A stretch of DNA of 64,000 bases from Laetmonice hystrix (Eukaryota), in assembly GCA_965235115.1 (NCBI GenBank), contig OZ249441.1, forward strand, positions 9,858,001-9,922,000, written 5' to 3'. The notes below the pieces were generated by a model. That model was given only the letters and a program-made list of their open reading frames with translations. It had not been told where the DNA came from and ran no database searches. Of the stretch, positions 62,000 to 64,000 are shown one piece after another. The first letter of the stretch is position 1, and each line of letters begins with the position of its first letter. Made by a program: the position numbers and the translations under genes.

Positions 62000-62491
62000 G
62001 TGTTTGAATGTCGGATTGAGTGATCCTAACGCTGGGATTGTTTGGTTACAGGACCTGCAAGCAGAGATCGAGACCCACCAGGTGTTTGAATGTCGGATTG
62101 AGTGATCCTAACGCTGGGATTGTTTGGTTACAGGACCTGCAAGCAGAGATCGAGACCCACCAGGTGTTTGAATGTCGGATTGAGTGATCCTAACGCTGGG
62201 ATTGTTTGGTTACAGGACCTGCAAGCAGAGATCGAGACCCACCAGGTGTTTGAATGTCGGATTGAGTGATCCTAACGCTGGGATTGTTTGGTTACAGTAC
62301 CTGCAAGCAGAGATCGAGACCCACCAGGTGTTTGAATGTCGGATTGAGTGATCCTAACGCTGGGATTGTTTGGTTACAGGACCTGCAATCAGAGATCGAG
62401 ACCCACCGGGTGTTTGAATGTCGGATTGAGTGATCCTAACGCTGGGATTGTTTGGTTACAGGACCTGCAAGCAGAAATCGAGACCCACCAG
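62000..62491 (+). repeat. 82-bp unit x6 containing branch point, 3' splice site and first 30 nt of the dystrophin exon
   Basis: TTACAG| acceptors precede 62052, 62134, 62216, 62298, 62380 and 62462, each with CCTAAC about 25 nt upstream. Confidence 0.95.
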
Positions 62492-62697
62492 CATGTGTTT
62501 GACTCCCTCCAGTCTCAAGGCAGACAGATCGCAAGGTCCCCCGAACCTGGCGGTACGACAGCCGAGTCCAAGCCGCCCGCGGTATCAGCGCCCGGGACAG
62601 CGGCGACGGCGGCCACCGACTCGTCCAGCCTACAGCGCCGCCTGGAGGAGATGAACCAGCGCTGGGTCCGCCTCAAGACGAAATCCATGGAAATAAG
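62462..62697 (+). CDS. DMD: Internal coding exon of a dystrophin/utrophin-family gene (spectrin repeat; equivalent of vertebrate DMD exon 56), phase 0 to phase 2
   Basis: Translates DLQAEIETHQHVFDSLQSQGRQIARS(30 aa)LQRRLEEMNQRWVRLKTKSMEI-R. This aligns with human dystrophin DLQGEIEAHTDVYHNLDENSQKILRS...LQRRLDNMNFKWSELRKKSLNIR and utrophin DIQAEIDAHND...[23 protein letters not shown] (recalled). Acceptor is CCTAAC branch point ...TTGGTTACAG|GAC. Donor is ATAAG|GCGAGT at the position where the human exon ends (I-R, phase 2). Confidence 0.9.
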
Positions 62698-62700
62698 GCG

Positions 62701-63165
62701 AGTCACTGTCTGTTCGTATACTAGCGTAAGATAATGATACACTGTCCATACAAGTCACTCTCTGTCCGTGTACCCGTGTAGATAATGAGACAATGTCCAT
62801 ACAAGTCACTGTCTGTCCGGGTACCAGTGTAAGATAATGAGACAATGTCCATACAAGTCACTGTCTGTCCGTGTACCAGCGTAAGATAATGAGACAATGT
62901 CCATATAAGTCACTGTCTGTCCGTGTACTAGCGTAAGATAATGAGACAATGTCCATACAAGTCACTGTCTGCCCGTGTACCAGTGTAAGATAATGAGACA
63001 ATGTCCATACAAGTCACTGTCTGTCCGTGTACCCGTGTAGATAATGAGACAATGTCCATACAAGTCACTGTCTGTCCGTGTACCCGTGTAGATAATGAGA
63101 CAATGTCCATACAAGTCACTGTCTGTCCGTGTACCCGTGTAAGATAATGAGACAATGTCCATACA
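62701..63165. repeat. 51-52-bp unit x~9 starting immediately after the exon donor
   Basis: GTAAGATAATGAGACAATGTCCATACAAGTCACTGTCTGTCCGTGTACCAGT units. Confidence 0.93.
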
Positions 63166-63454
63166 GACTGACTGTAATATTATCTTTATCGGCTGCTACC
63201 TACCATATGAATGTCCCCCTCAGCTAGCCCGAAACCTGTACTCCCCACATTGTCGTGTCTCGCGAGTCAGGAGCTAATAAAGTCAAGTGCTGACACCTGG
63301 TGTCAGATATACATTACTACACGTCCGAACCGTTACAAGGAATACGGGCACCCACAAAATTAATCAGGATCAGGTCTTGTATTGCAAGTATTGGAACTTT
63401 TTAGAAACTTAATGCAAGACCCGAGAAGGATACGGTCTCGTTGTAGTAATAGAC

Positions 63455-64000
63455 GCAGCAGTGCCTACACGTGACCTTGACGTGTTTCCCTGGGCGTGCG
63501 TGCTAGCAGTGCCTACACGTGACCTTGACGTGTTTCCCTGGGCGTGGATGCTAGCAGTGCCTACACGTGACCTTGACGTGTTTCCCTGGGCGTGCGTGCT
63601 AGCAGTGCCTACACGTGACCTTGACGTGTTTCCCTGGGCGTGCGTGCTAGCAGTGCCTACACGTGACCTTGACGTGTTTCCCTGGGCGTGCGTGCTAGCA
63701 GTGCCTACACGTGACCTTGACGTGTTTCCCTGGGCGTGGGTGCTAGCAGTGCCTACACGTGACCTTGACGTGTTTCCCTGGGCGTGCGTGCTAGCAGTGC
63801 CTACACGTGACCTTGACGTGTTTCCCTGGGCGTGCGTGCTAGCAGTGCCTACACGTGACCTTGACGTGTTTCCCTGGGCGTGCTTGCTAGCAGTGCCTAC
63901 ACGTGACCTTGACGTGTTTCCCTGGGCGTGCGTGCTAGCAGTGCCTACACGTGGCCTTCACGTGTTTCCCTGGGCGTGCGTGCTAGCAGTGCCTACACGT
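63455..64000. repeat. 48-bp unit x11+, runs off window end
   Basis: GCAGTGCCTACACGTGACCTTGACGTGTTTCCCTGGGCGTGCGTGCTA; spacing 63458 to 63506. Confidence 0.96.

Overview
Animal (metazoan) genomic DNA, not prokaryotic: no operons, rRNA or CRISPR. Only one protein-coding segment can be identified with confidence. It is a 236-nt + strand exon (62462-62697) encoding part of a dystrophin/utrophin-family spectrin repeat (DLQAEIETHQHVF...LQRRLEEMNQRWVRLKTKSMEIR), matching vertebrate DMD exon 56 in sequence and phase. The wording looks invertebrate-like, but the taxon cannot be fixed from this window. The preceding ~62 kb reads as one very large intronic/promoter region. Roughly 40% of it (hand estimate) is about 45 unrelated mini-/satellite arrays, which explain nearly all long ORFs in the track. 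The most interesting signals concern splicing: (1) two textbook AG|GTGAGT recursive-splice (ratchet) motifs at 25108/25109 and 46897/46898, each followed by a short cryptic exon with stops in all three frames; (2) a candidate Dp116/G-utrophin-like alternative first exon ending MIGLNISLQDLLESFEE at 33037, in phase with the dystrophin exon; (3) an 82-bp array that copied the exon's branch point, acceptor and first 10 codons six times; (4) a GC-AG donor and a 21-aa insertion in the spectrin repeat; (5) a sense-strand array of 13 AATAAA signals 5 kb upstream of the exon. A Harbinger-type MITE, a tRNA-derived SINE-like head and several decayed coding relics are also present. All comparisons with human proteins are from memory, and no database searches were run.
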